Positions 15,679 through 25,337 of a stretch of DNA of 42,299 nt are shown here, piece after piece (positions within the stretch are counted from its first letter, which is position 1; each line of letters begins with the position of its first letter). The position numbers and the translations under genes are program-made. Below the pieces are notes generated by a model, which worked only from the letters and a program-made list of their open reading frames with translations, searched no databases and was not told where the DNA came from. The stretch lies in the IMG/VR virus record IMGVR_UViG_3300039208_000711. The stretch is one strand, 5' to 3'. The stretch comes from a virus.

Positions 15679-18368
15679 TGGTGGAATATGACTATACGGT
15701 TCACCTAGATCCTGACGGCTCCAACACCTCACTCAAAGACGATGTAGAAGTACTTGAGGTAATAGAGACCGGAACAGGTGAAATCAACAGTGCAGAGATA
15801 AGACTCACTGCAACATTTGGAAAGTATCTTACAGCAGCTCCGATAATTGCACAGTATGACAAAATCAAGGTTACAATAACTGATTCTGCATCAAACACGC
15901 TTACCCGTGTCTATGAAGTAGACAACATAGACATCCCCGAAAACTCACAGCAGGGAAATGTTGCCATAATATCCTGCCTTGGACTGGAAAATCACCTACA
16001 GAACGTAGAGTTTACCCTCTCAGATACTCTGGATTTCTCCTCTGCATTCAATGCCGTTAAACAGATGATAGACCAATACAACGAGGTTCGTGTATCCACC
16101 GGAAGCACACAAGCATCGGTAATAGATCACGATAACACAACTGGCAACCAGCTTCCAGAATGGAATGCCAATCAATACACCTTTGAGGATGCCGAGTTCG
16201 TGTATGACGGCATAAAGGTTGTAGTGGATACTGGAGGAGCTCCCGTTGCTGACTTTGGGTTGGGAGACTTTTTTGAGTATCATTTCATTCATGACACTGC
16301 AGATAACAACCAAATCAAACTTAGAGCATTTGCCAGTGGCTCAACTGGATCTGTCACCATTACCAATTCTGTGGCAGTAAATCCTGGGGACATATTGGGT
16401 GGAATAGAGGCATCTACTGGAACTCTTGTTAAGGCATGGGCCAGTGAAGATGGTTCATTGCCTCCAGACATATCCACATTTCTTGGAAAACAGGAAGCCT
16501 TTGCACTGTTTCCCGACCATGACAGCACAATAACATATCCAGAGGACGCATATGTCCAACTTGACGGGATTGTGTATCAGTCTGACATCGACAACAACAC
16601 AAGCACTCCTCCTACCAATTGGACATCCAAGACATTTGCACAATTTGCCGGTTCTTCAGATTACTCCATATGGACAAACCAGAAATCAGCACACATCACC
16701 AACAGTGGATCCAATCCTTCTCCTACAAAACATGGTACAGTAACAGGATTCAACCAATCTGGAATGTTTGACATGAATATTCATATCGCAGACGAGGCCA
16801 GATGGCAGACTGACGTTATCCAGAGGATACGACAGACCTCTGACATTGACCTGAACTATCTGTACGGATCTGCAACTGCAGGATCATACAGGGGAATGAA
16901 GTTTCTGGTGGACTCTAACATTGGTGCCCTTTCTACACCTTTCAATCTAAATTCCGGAAATGACAGATTCGGAGTGTCATATACAGATAAGATAGTGAGA
17001 CGAAACAACTTTTCGTTTACTGGTGCTGATGAATACAAGAACTGGGATGTAATAGGCCCTCTGGACTCGCAGGGAATACCACGCACACCCATAAATGGTG
17101 ATGTGGTCGCAGTAAAGGACGAGAACAAGAACTACAAGTTCAACGGAACCATATACACAGATGACTCTGCAACAGCTAGAGCTAATCACTGTTTTCATAA
17201 CTATCATTCCATTGGAAATGTAAAAGGTGCAATTGACGTTCCTGAGGGTGCAGGATCATATGCAGACAACTCCGCAGTTCAGATAGCATGGAGATATACT
17301 CCTACCGTCAATGTGGGTGCATCCGTACTTACTACTGTAGACTTTTACAAGCAAGGTGCATGGTTTGACCTGACTTTCCCATATCCTTTCAGTACCCATA
17401 ACTCTGTCCCTACTCTCGGAGTTTTATGGGGAAACAACTCCACCAAGAAGGACCCTGTAACAATTTCTGCAAACAACATGCACCTGACACATTCTGGAAA
17501 TGTAGGATTCAACAATTCAGAAGCAGAAGATCTTGGACCGTTAAACTCCTTGCGATTCTGGATAAAACATGATTGGTTTGTAAATATCCCGATAGTGGGT
17601 GACGTGTCTGTATTTGGAGGTGACTTCAAGTACAGGGCAGCACTCTTTGATACTTCGGATAACATTGTAGTTCAGGACTTTGTAATTCCGTTTAACAAGA
17701 CATGGGAGCAGATTATTTTACCATTTGAGGGATTCGAGCCATATCGTGCCCGTGCTCCCAAGTCATTAGGAGACATTGTAAGTACCCTTATTCCTTCAGG
17801 AATCGAGGTACTCAACAGATTCCAATGGAAGAACATCAATAGGATAGTCATACAATGGCAGGAACCATATGATGACAAGGGAAGATACTCTCCAGAAGGA
17901 ACCAGAGTTGTGACTGCCCCTCTTGCACAGAATCTTGGATTATCCTATGCACAGGTAAATCTTGAGATAGATGGTATCCACTTTGGAAAGACCATGCTGT
18001 CTACCACTGCTCCTGTTACCTCTGGAAGAGTAAAGCAGCCTCCTGCAATAGACGCCCCTGACATTACAAACAAGTTCCAACTTGACCAATTGGTCAATTC
18101 TCAACTTCAGATAGAACAGTTTCAGAACCAAAAGTTTGACATTACAACAGAGGGCAGACTTGACATTCCATTCGGAAACAAATTCTTCTTTGAAAATTCA
18201 CTTATTGTAAATAGGTCCGACAGGAATGAGACTTCACCTGGAGCAAACGACGGAGACGCCAACACCATTGAACTTGTCAACAAAAAGGCCAAGCACCGCA
18301 TAGACAAGCCCTTGACAGGTCCAGGAGGATATCTTACGACATTTACAGGAATCAAGAGGTTGAGATAA
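15678..18368 (+). CDS. Large tail/baseplate-like structural protein (896 aa)
   Basis: Long ORF between the tail genes and the fibre gene. It is beta-rich and lacks the coiled-coil character of a tape measure. Confidence 0.5.
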   Translation: MVEYDYTVHLDPDGSNTSLKDDVEVLEVIETGTGEINSAEIRLTATFGKYLTAAPIIAQYDKIKVTITDSASNTLTRVYEVDNIDIPENSQQGNVAIISCLGLENHLQNVEFTLSDTLDFSSAFNAVKQMIDQYNEVRVSTGSTQASVIDHDNTTGNQLPEWNANQYTFEDAEFVYDGIKVVVDTGGAPVADFGLGDFFEYHFIHDTADNNQIKLRAFASGSTGSVTITNSVAVNPGDILGGIEASTGTLVKAWASEDGSLPPDISTFLGKQEAFALFPDHDSTITYPEDAYVQLDGIVYQSDIDNNTSTPPTNWTSKTFAQFAGSSDYSIWTNQKSAHITNSGSNPSPTKHGTVTGFNQSGMFDMNIHIADEARWQTDVIQRIRQTSDIDLNYLYGSATAGSYRGMKFLVDSNIGALSTPFNLNSGNDRFGVSYTDKIVRRNNFSFTGADEYKNWDVIGPLDSQGIPRTPINGDVVAVKDENKNYKFNGTIYTDDSATARANHCFHNYHSIGNVKGAIDVPEGAGSYADNSAVQIAWRYTPTVNVGASVLTTVDFYKQGAWFDLTFPYPFSTHNSVPTLGVLWGNNSTKKDPVTISANNMHLTHSGNVGFNNSEAEDLGPLNSLRFWIKHDWFVNIPIVGDVSVFGGDFKYRAALFDTSDNIVVQDFVIPFNKTWEQIILPFEGFEPYRARAPKSLGDIVSTLIPSGIEVLNRFQWKNINRIVIQWQEPYDDKGRYSPEGTRVVTAPLAQNLGLSYAQVNLEIDGIHFGKTMLSTTAPVTSGRVKQPPAIDAPDITNKFQLDQLVNSQLQIEQFQNQKFDITTEGRLDIPFGNKFFFENSLIVNRSDRNETSPGANDGDANTIELVNKKAKHRIDKPLTGPGGYLTTFTGIKRLR

Positions 18369-18372
18369 TACA

Positions 18373-20982
18373 ATGGTACAGTCAGCGAAAAAAAGACCCA
18401 CAATCGGCACAAAAATCCGTGATATACAACAAGATATGCGAAGAAGGCGAGGTCAGGCACGTCGTAACCACACTCCACGTTCTGTGGCCACATCTGTAAC
18501 CAGTGGTGCATCTGCACAGTCCAATATTGGTGGCCAGGCTGCACAATTCCTCCCTACAGAAGGGGGATCCATGATTGGACCAATTGCGTTCTATCCTTCT
18601 CTTGTAACCATCAATGCCTCTGACGAGATAGACATCTCTCTTGACTCTTCTGGTGGTACCCCCAAGGCATCAACATATGTCATAGTGTCATTTTCATCTC
18701 CTGACACTCTTCAACTCATCAACGGTGCCGCATTCACAGGACAGTTACTGTATCTTCAAATCCCTGCAAACTCGACTCTCACTATTGAAGACTTTTCAAG
18801 CAATGCCACAGGAAACATTGTTACTACCGATGGAAACGATCTTGTTGTTACTACTCCTTCCACTGCAAATCCTAACATTATCACATTGATGTTTGACCCC
18901 ACTCAATCTCCTAATTCGAAGCAGGGCGGTTGGGTTGTGGTGTCTTCTGGAACTGGGAGTGGAACTAGCACTTCAGGCGTTACGGACCATCTGTTTGCCA
19001 TGTACACCTCAAACACTGCAAGCGCAAATCCTCTGCCCATGCCAACAAGTGTAGTGTCAAGTTCTGGTTCCACAATCACAATCAACAATCCTACCACAAA
19101 TCGTGTCAGGCTAACAGGAGGAAACACGTACAAGATGATTGCATACATTGCAATCCTTGACGATGAGGATTCTATGCAGTATGAATGGTTTGATGAGACA
19201 GCATCTGCAGTGGTGGGAAAACGGGGATTCACCAGAGGTGTGGACCATACTCCAATAGAGGGATTTGAGCAGGCAGTTGCAGTAGTGAGTCCTGCGACCA
19301 CCCGTGACTATAGACTGGATGAACTTACCCCTCTTGGTTCCCCTACAATCAACATGACTTACTCTGCAGTATATGTAGAGCGTCTTTCTAGCGGGGGTGT
19401 TTCATTCCCTATACGACCTACAATCACGGAAATTGCCTCTCCCACTTCCACACAAGATCTGGATCTCAACACCACTGGGGGACATGTCTTTGACATCATT
19501 GCTGACAAGGACTTTACTATTACATTCTCAAATCCTCCTGCAGCAGGAATCCAGCATACATTCGAGATAGAACTGACAAATGATTCCACATCCACTGCAA
19601 GAGTAGTCACGCTTCCTGGCACCGTAAGACAGTTGTCGTCCATTACAGTACCTGCAACAACACCTGTCTCTCGAGGAGTATACACCCTCAGAACAAACGA
19701 TGGAGGATTAAACTATGACATCATACAGGTAGTTGCAGGCACTACGGGAAACAGTGGAGCAACTCCTTGGACTCAGGACATTGACGCTGACGGCTTTGAC
19801 TTACAGGATCTGTCAAATCTTGAGTTTCGCATATCCACCGGAACTCCTGCTGCAAGTACTCCCTCGATATACCTTGACGCAAGCGGAGACATGGTTGAGA
19901 ACGTGGCAGCAGGAGACCAGTTTTTCAGGACCGTCAATGGAACAGTTATAGAGCAATTCCAAGATGCAGAATGGGAGATAAGAACTGAAACGCAGGACGG
20001 ACCTGTAATCAAGCTTAACAACAATGACCAGACTCCTACTGACAATGATACCGTAGGAACCATCAATTTTACAGGAAATGACGACCTTCTTGCAAATGTA
20101 ACCTACGCGGCAATACGCACTCTGATGGATGATGTAACAAGCACCTCCAAACAGGCTGATTTTGACATACGCGTAATGCATGACAATGCTCTTTCCCCTA
20201 TTGTAGATTATACAGGATTGGATGCCACCATGAGAATAAGCAGTGCAGTAGACGTATTCCGACCAAACAGGGATGATGGAATTGCGTTTGGTTCTGCATC
20301 TCAAAGTTGGGCTGATTCCTACTTTGCAAACTTTATGGAAATCAAGGAAATGACAACTCCTGCAAATCCTCCTGCAAATTCCGGCAGGCTGTATGTGGCA
20401 GATGACGGCGGAACCACCACACTATACTTTAGAGACTCTGCAGGAACCGAGACAAACCTTCTGTCTGGTTCCCTGACCCCTTGGACTTCCAATATAGATG
20501 CTGACGGCTTTGACCTGCAGGATATCTCAAATATAGAATTTAGGGCAACTACAGGCGCCCCATCCTCTGCCACTTTGGCATGGTATGCCGATGCCGATGG
20601 AATAATAGGAAACGTCGCACTAGGTGATGATTATAACCTAAACATCAACGGGACTACTGAATTCACTGTGGATGCAACCGACGTCAATCTTCAAGGAAAC
20701 AACCTCGTGTTCAACGGCACTACAGAAATACAGGAGACTGGAGGAACATTAATTCATCTTTCAAGTGGAACCGAAGTCTTCCGATACAATACAAGTTCAA
20801 TCAGGACAACCACAAAACTAGACCTGCAGGACAATGAGATAATACTGGACGAGATGGGAACGGCCCCTACTGGAATTTCTAATGCTGCAATAATATTTGC
20901 CGAAGACAACGGCGCAGGAAAAACAAGACTTATGGCACAGTTCCCTACAGGAGCTGCCCAACAGATTGCAATAGAACCCTAG
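18373..20982 (+). CDS. Tail fibre protein with an internal duplication
   Basis: 869 aa. LPTEGGSMIGPIAF matches the common fibre motif GG(T/S)M(T/I)GP(L/I). The module TPWT..IDADGFDLQD(L/I)SN(L/I)EFR is duplicated. Confidence 0.7.
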   Translation: MVQSAKKRPTIGTKIRDIQQDMRRRRGQARRNHTPRSVATSVTSGASAQSNIGGQAAQFLPTEGGSMIGPIAFYPSLVTINASDEIDISLDSSGGTPKASTYVIVSFSSPDTLQLINGAAFTGQLLYLQIPANSTLTIEDFSSNATGNIVTTDGNDLVVTTPSTANPNIITLMFDPTQSPNSKQGGWVVVSSGTGSGTSTSGVTDHLFAMYTSNTASANPLPMPTSVVSSSGSTITINNPTTNRVRLTGGNTYKMIAYIAILDDEDSMQYEWFDETASAVVGKRGFTRGVDHTPIEGFEQAVAVVSPATTRDYRLDELTPLGSPTINMTYSAVYVERLSSGGVSFPIRPTITEIASPTSTQDLDLNTTGGHVFDIIADKDFTITFSNPPAAGIQHTFEIELTNDSTSTARVVTLPGTVRQLSSITVPATTPVSRGVYTLRTNDGGLNYDIIQVVAGTTGNSGATPWTQDIDADGFDLQDLSNLEFRISTGTPAASTPSIYLDASGDMVENVAAGDQFFRTVNGTVIEQFQDAEWEIRTETQDGPVIKLNNNDQTPTDNDTVGTINFTGNDDLLANVTYAAIRTLMDDVTSTSKQADFDIRVMHDNALSPIVDYTGLDATMRISSAVDVFRPNRDDGIAFGSASQSWADSYFANFMEIKEMTTPANPPANSGRLYVADDGGTTTLYFRDSAGTETNLLSGSLTPWTSNIDADGFDLQDISNIEFRATTGAPSSATLAWYADADGIIGNVALGDDYNLNINGTTEFTVDATDVNLQGNNLVFNGTTEIQETGGTLIHLSSGTEVFRYNTSSIRTTTKLDLQDNEIILDEMGTAPTGISNAAIIFAEDNGAGKTRLMAQFPTGAAQQIAIEP

Positions 20983-21353
20983 AATACTCGGAAACTGTCT
21001 CCCTTTAATATGATTCTCTCCGTACCGAGTTCTGTCCATATCTTGGCCTTTACAGTGTTGTTCTCAAGATCATATATCATGTAGATATTGTACCCTGCAT
21101 CCGTAGTTCCAAATATTCGACCGCCTGTCTCGCTAGGTCTGTCTACCTTTAGATTTTCTCTGGATATGGCATGATTCCCGTCTATGAAGGCCTCTTCAAA
21201 CTGAACCTTTCCTTGCGAGTCAACAGTGACAAGAACTATTATCTTGTCTGTATCTATAACCCAGCTATCTGCATGTGCCTGCTCTGCAACGCCAATAAAA
21301 ACAAGACTTATTGCAAACGCAGCACTAATCATCATTAATGACTGTATTTTCAT
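20979..21353 (-). CDS. Secreted protein (124 aa, signal peptide)
   Basis: MKIQSLMMISAAFAISLVFIGVAEQAHA/DS is a signal peptide. It is one of only two minus-strand protein genes. Its 3' end overlaps the fibre gene stop by 4 nt. Confidence 0.6.
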   Translation of the reverse strand: MKIQSLMMISAAFAISLVFIGVAEQAHADSWVIDTDKIIVLVTVDSQGKVQFEEAFIDGNHAISRENLKVDRPSETGGRIFGTTDAGYNIYMIYDLENNTVKAKIWTELGTERIILKGDSFRVF

Positions 21354-21407
21354 ACTTTCTGCAGATATGTAAAACTATATTAAAATTGCTACGAAAGCAT
21401 CTGTATC

Positions 21408-21599
21408 GTGAATGATATCGATTGGGAAGGCCTAGCAGAGTTTCATACTAAAAATGCCTTGCAAATGATTAAAGATCGCAAGGAGATTGAGGCACTAAAG
21501 AAAGACATTGAATCCAAACAGACACTGATTGTACAACAGACACAGGATATTGCAAGACTTAAAGCCGAGATTGAGCAGTTAAAACAGGGGAAAACATGA
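21408..21599 (+). CDS. Coiled-coil protein (63 aa, GTG start)
   Basis: ORF from the track with heptad-like E/K/Q-rich sequence. Confidence 0.4.
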   Translation: MNDIDWEGLAEFHTKNALQMIKDRKEIEALKKDIESKQTLIVQQTQDIARLKAEIEQLKQGKT

Positions 21600-22085
21600 T
21601 TGTCATTTCCATATGTTGCAAATTACACTATCAGAGTTCCGCTGGGGGCCGATGACGACACGACTAACATAATAGTACAGGCCTCATTTGACGGCAGGCT
21701 GAAACATGATGAGGGGTTTCTTAGTGCAACAGGCGACCTTTGTACTCTTACTGCTGCAGCCAGCAAGGATTTGTATTTATCCGCAGCCAAAGTTGTGTTT
21801 TTTGTGAATGTGACCAATGGATCCGAGATTGCACAGGAAGTGGTATTGAAAGTCAATGGAACTATAGTGGAAACCTCAAAGGCCACCATCACCCAAGGTG
21901 CCACCAACGACTCTGGCTCATCCAACATGGTATATGAGTTCAAAAACCTGTGGCATAAGGTTGATGCCACACAAATACTGAAACTGGAAGTGATAACACT
22001 GGACGCAGATGTGGATGTCGAGGGCTTTATTCAAGCAGTAGAGGTTCCCGACACAGAGAATCCGGTAACATATACAGGAGCATAA
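21600..22085 (+). CDS. Beta-sandwich-like protein (161 aa, TTG start)
   Basis: ORF from the track, starting directly after the upstream stop. Confidence 0.45.
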   Translation: MSFPYVANYTIRVPLGADDDTTNIIVQASFDGRLKHDEGFLSATGDLCTLTAAASKDLYLSAAKVVFFVNVTNGSEIAQEVVLKVNGTIVETSKATITQGATNDSGSSNMVYEFKNLWHKVDATQILKLEVITLDADVDVEGFIQAVEVPDTENPVTYTGA

Positions 22086-22134
22086 GTAGCTATACACCAC
22101 TACTTTTATTATCACCAAAAAAACCATAACTACT

Positions 22135-23700
22135 ATGAAAACTGCACATTTTTTGATTATTTTATCAATAATTTTGGCGACAAGCCTCATGATTCCCCTA
22201 TCATATGCAGAAGAGGATGATTACGGGAATATGCCGGATGGCCTTTCTGAGGCCTTGCGCAAAGAATTTCCATTGATGACGTTTGATGCTGAAACCATTC
22301 CTCAGGTTATAAAAAAATATGACCTTACACGGGATACATTGCGTCTCATAGGACAGGATATGGTTGCAGCAGATCTGGCTAAAAGACTTGGGGATTTTAT
22401 GACTGATGTACATACCATGTATGAAATCCGCAAGACCACAAATCCGCAAACTTACAATGCAGCATACGCAGAATACCTAAAAAAATTACAACCTTCACTC
22501 CTTCAGGACCAAAGAAATGCACTGTTTGTCAAACTCTTGGAGATGACAGATAGAAAGAATGAGATGTTGTTAGAGGTGGTTGACGACACGTATACTGTGG
22601 ATGTAGAGAATCGGTATAAGAAACTAGAAACCCTCATAGGCAGTGTAGAAATTCTTAGTGATGAGATAACCAAGATAGATAACAAGATAATAGAACTGGA
22701 CCGAGAAATCAATCCTCCATTAGATACTCCATCTAACCAGAAGGACTCCATCAAGATTGAAATTGAAAAAGAAAGGGAAAAACTGGACGACGAACTTGAG
22801 AAAACGCTGGAGGAAAGACTGGACGAAATCAACCAAAATCTAGAAGACCAGATGAACATCGACCCTCCTGCCATAGAAGAGGTTAAAATTGAGGTTGAGT
22901 TTGACTGGCCAAATGTAGAATGGGCTCCACTAATATTCAAGACAGATCCCCGTGACATTATCACCGCAGAGCCAAGATATCCAGACCAGTGCAAATTATG
23001 GAATACTGACATCTCTACCAACAAAGTAAAGCTGTGGCACTTTACTATACAACCAGGAACAGATCCCGTCTGCATGAACTTCCAACTTCAGGGAGGATAC
23101 GTGTTGTTTCTTGACTTTAACGACAATGACAAAATAGACAACTGTTTTGAACTGCTTTGTGCATACGGAAGATTAAACGATGATGGGAGCAGAAAGACAG
23201 TATACGATGTGTTAATGGATTTTCCATTTAACTCAAAATATGACGACATGTTTGACTCCGAAGATATATTGTTCAAGCACGCAAAGGCATGGAAGCCCGC
23301 AACCGTGGGACTGGTAATGCAGGATACGGATTATTTTGAGGAAGGAACCCAGTCCATTGCTTCAGAGATTGTCCCAGAATCTGTACTGACAATGAAAGAA
23401 TTGGGAATCACGGGATTCAAACTGGTTGATTATATCCCAATAGGAGACGACCATACCGGCACTGGAATGTATACAGATTGTGACTATTCCGAAGACGACT
23501 ATCGATACCAACAATGGGTTGAAGATGGTGGGGTATGTGTTCAATACTCCCTTGACCATCTCAGAGGCATTGCATTGCACCCACATGGAGTGGAGTTTGA
23601 GGATGGAACAATCATGCCCACCATGGATTTTGTTATAGGCTGGTGGGACAATGAGACAGTGGAAAACACCCACATAGCAAAATACGACTTGGACTGCTAA
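22135..23700 (+). CDS. Secreted protein (521 aa): coiled coil plus Cys/Asp-rich C-terminal domain
   Basis: Signal peptide MKTAHFLIILSIILATSLMIPLSYA/EE. A central E/K-rich coiled coil. A Ca-loop-like motif, DFNDNDKID. Confidence 0.6.
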   Translation: MKTAHFLIILSIILATSLMIPLSYAEEDDYGNMPDGLSEALRKEFPLMTFDAETIPQVIKKYDLTRDTLRLIGQDMVAADLAKRLGDFMTDVHTMYEIRKTTNPQTYNAAYAEYLKKLQPSLLQDQRNALFVKLLEMTDRKNEMLLEVVDDTYTVDVENRYKKLETLIGSVEILSDEITKIDNKIIELDREINPPLDTPSNQKDSIKIEIEKEREKLDDELEKTLEERLDEINQNLEDQMNIDPPAIEEVKIEVEFDWPNVEWAPLIFKTDPRDIITAEPRYPDQCKLWNTDISTNKVKLWHFTIQPGTDPVCMNFQLQGGYVLFLDFNDNDKIDNCFELLCAYGRLNDDGSRKTVYDVLMDFPFNSKYDDMFDSEDILFKHAKAWKPATVGLVMQDTDYFEEGTQSIASEIVPESVLTMKELGITGFKLVDYIPIGDDHTGTGMYTDCDYSEDDYRYQQWVEDGGVCVQYSLDHLRGIALHPHGVEFEDGTIMPTMDFVIGWWDNETVENTHIAKYDLDC

Positions 23701-23715
23701 ATAGTATAGTAATGT

Positions 23716-23740
23716 ACATATAGTATGCATGACATACTAT
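23716..23740 (+). promoter_or_regulatory. Early-class promoter: ACATATAGT box plus the 12-mer ATGACATACTAT
   Basis: The 12-mer at 23729-23740 ends 4 nt before ATG 23745. The same 12-mer sits 5 nt before ATG 39627. An inverted repeat TAGTATG/CATACTA spans 23721-23739. Confidence 0.5.
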
Positions 23741-23744
23741 TGAT

Positions 23745-23879
23745 ATGTATGAACAACATAATAAACAAACAGTTGCTGCTTTCTTATGTTTTTCTTGTGA
23801 TAGCGGGCAGCATGACGAATGTACAGGATGTGACTGTGGTGACACCGGATGTGCAGGTACAATGGAGGCAAGAGACTAA
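23745..23879 (+). CDS. Cys-rich mini-protein (44 aa, 7 Cys)
   Basis: Hand-translated as MYEQHNKQTVAAFLCFSCDSGQHDECTGCDCGDTGCAGTMEARD. The TAATG overlaps the next ORF. It is absent from the track. Confidence 0.4.
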   Translation: MYEQHNKQTVAAFLCFSCDSGQHDECTGCDCGDTGCAGTMEARD

Positions 23880-23968
23880 TGCCAACTTGTGTATACTGTG
23901 AAAATTCATATCAAGGAGAATGGGAAAAACATTGGTTTTCTTTCCACAATCCAGAAGGAGGCGATTGA
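23879..23968 (+). CDS. C2H2-like zinc-finger mini-protein (29 aa)
   Basis: Hand-translated as MPTCVYCENSYQGEWEKHWFSFHNPEGGD. Confidence 0.35.
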   Translation: MPTCVYCENSYQGEWEKHWFSFHNPEGGD

Positions 23969-23971
23969 CTG

Positions 23972-24175
23972 ATGCCCAAAGCATATCTTGGACAAGTAGA
24001 ATTCAAGATTACCTCTAGTGAAATTAATGCAATCATCAGAGGAGAAGTTGAGACTCAACTACGATGGGAAAGAAAGAGACTGGAAGACGAAATCAAAGCA
24101 ATTCGTAATCTGCAAAAAAGAATGTGTAAAGTGGAGATGAAACTGGACACTACGGAGTTGAAGAAAAAGAAATGA
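23972..24175 (+). CDS. Hypothetical coiled-coil protein (67 aa)
   Basis: ORF from the track, with GGAGG at 23957-23961. Confidence 0.5.
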   Translation: MPKAYLGQVEFKITSSEINAIIRGEVETQLRWERKRLEDEIKAIRNLQKRMCKVEMKLDTTELKKKK

Positions 24176-24318
24176 CTGAAAGAATAACCATATCATTGCC
24201 AGACGATATTGTCAAACAAATCAACAGTCGATGCATAAAGAGACGTAGTAATAACGGCAAACCTACCTCATTTTCCAAGATGGTGGCTATTCTTCTAAAA
24301 GAGGTGTTAAACAAATGA
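24172..24318 (+). CDS. Ribbon-helix-helix (CopG/Arc-like) DNA-binding protein (48 aa)
   Basis: Hand-translated as MTERITISLPDDIVKQINSRC...FSKMVAILLKEVLNK. It has ATGA overlaps on both sides. Confidence 0.6.
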   Translation: MTERITISLPDDIVKQINSRCIKRRSNNGKPTSFSKMVAILLKEVLNK

Positions 24319-24641
24319 AGATAGAGATATGCAGTGCACGATGTCGTTCATCCACAAAAAAATACATCATACGAACTTTGCCTGAAGACCAAGCGAGCAA
24401 GCTCTGCAAATTTGAACACAATGGCATTAGTATGCTATCCATAAGTGAGATGAGAAATCCTAACCAACCAGATCATATATGGCAATTAGTGGAAGAAAAA
24501 CAGTCTCCGGATCTTGTAGAGTTTTACGTCAAGGACGTTGTACCTGCAGACAAAGACAAGGAAGGTCATCCTGGGTACGTCCTGACCGGCAAAGATGAAG
24601 CACCAGAGTACCTTGCATGCGATGAGGTACAGGTAAGATGA
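24315..24641 (+). CDS. Hypothetical protein (108 aa)
   Basis: ORF from the track. Confidence 0.5.
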   Translation: MKIEICSARCRSSTKKYIIRTLPEDQASKLCKFEHNGISMLSISEMRNPNQPDHIWQLVEEKQSPDLVEFYVKDVVPADKDKEGHPGYVLTGKDEAPEYLACDEVQVR

Positions 24642-24745
24642 ACTGCAAAGACTGTGGAAAAGACATGGGAGACCGTGACAATATTCCTCCCATATGTGAC
24701 GATTGTTTTGCAGAAAGATGGATTACAATGGAGCCAAAACCATAA
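24638..24745 (+). CDS. Zinc-ribbon mini-protein (35 aa)
   Basis: Hand-translated as MNCKDCGKDMGDRDNIPPICDDCFAERWITMEPKP, with an ATGA overlap upstream. Confidence 0.4.
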   Translation: MNCKDCGKDMGDRDNIPPICDDCFAERWITMEPKP

Positions 24746-25188
24746 TGGAATCCCAATATGATGGAAAATGCAAGAAATGTGGTAATACATGGGTCGTAGG
24801 TGATACCATCTATGGTAACAAGGTAAACGGGAAATGGGCATGCTGTACAAACAAGCAATGTGCCGACTCTCAAAAAGAAGTGGCAACAAATACCTCCACC
24901 ACCAATACTACATCAAACCACGCTACCACAAAAACTGTTGATGAAGCATCTGTGTCTGCAATCCATGCAAAGTTTCTTGAGAGTCTTGATGATGACGAGA
25001 TTGTATATTTTGAGAAGATCATGGGCGATGCACGAACTCAGGCAAAATCCCACATAGCATTCTATCTCGGAATAAGACAGGCATGTGAGGCCTGCAAAAT
25101 CACAGCACATCCTGCAATCGGCATGATATACAATAATGCAATGGCCAACAAGCGAGCTAAGGCAGAAAAAGAACAGGAAGAAGCATAG
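24745..25188 (+). CDS. Zinc-ribbon N-terminal protein (147 aa)
   Basis: Track ORF 24703..25188, with the start moved to ATG 24745 (TAATG coupling). Contains CKKCG...CC..KQC. Confidence 0.5.
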   Translation: MESQYDGKCKKCGNTWVVGDTIYGNKVNGKWACCTNKQCADSQKEVATNTSTTNTTSNHATTKTVDEASVSAIHAKFLESLDDDEIVYFEKIMGDARTQAKSHIAFYLGIRQACEACKITAHPAIGMIYNNAMANKRAKAEKEQEEA

Positions 25189-25190
25189 GA

Positions 25191-25337
25191 ATGAAAGGTT
25201 CAGACATGGACAAGCATATCCTGTTTCTTCATGACTATGCTGTAAAACATGGAATCATCTTCAGAGTAAGCAAAAGCAGTATCAGTATAGAGGAATACCA
25301 ACATCCTCTCAAAAAAATGGAGATTACAAAAAAATGA
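25191..25337 (+). CDS. Hypothetical mini-protein (48 aa)
   Basis: Hand-translated as MKGSDMDKHILFLHDYAVKHGIIFRV... The stop overlaps ATG 25334. Confidence 0.35.
   Translation: MKGSDMDKHILFLHDYAVKHGIIFRVSKSSISIEEYQHPLKKMEITKK

Noticed and set aside
15678-18368. Tape measure protein
   Set aside because: The 896-aa protein is beta-rich (N/T/S/G/D-rich). It lacks the long helical or coiled-coil and hydrophobic character of tape measures, and no upstream chaperone frameshift pair is present. Tail type (podo-like or otherwise) is left undetermined.
19759-20640. Diversity-generating retroelement (template and variable repeat) in the fibre gene
   Set aside because: There is no reverse transcriptase anywhere in the genome. 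The two copies differ at all base types rather than only at adenines, and both lie inside the same ORF.
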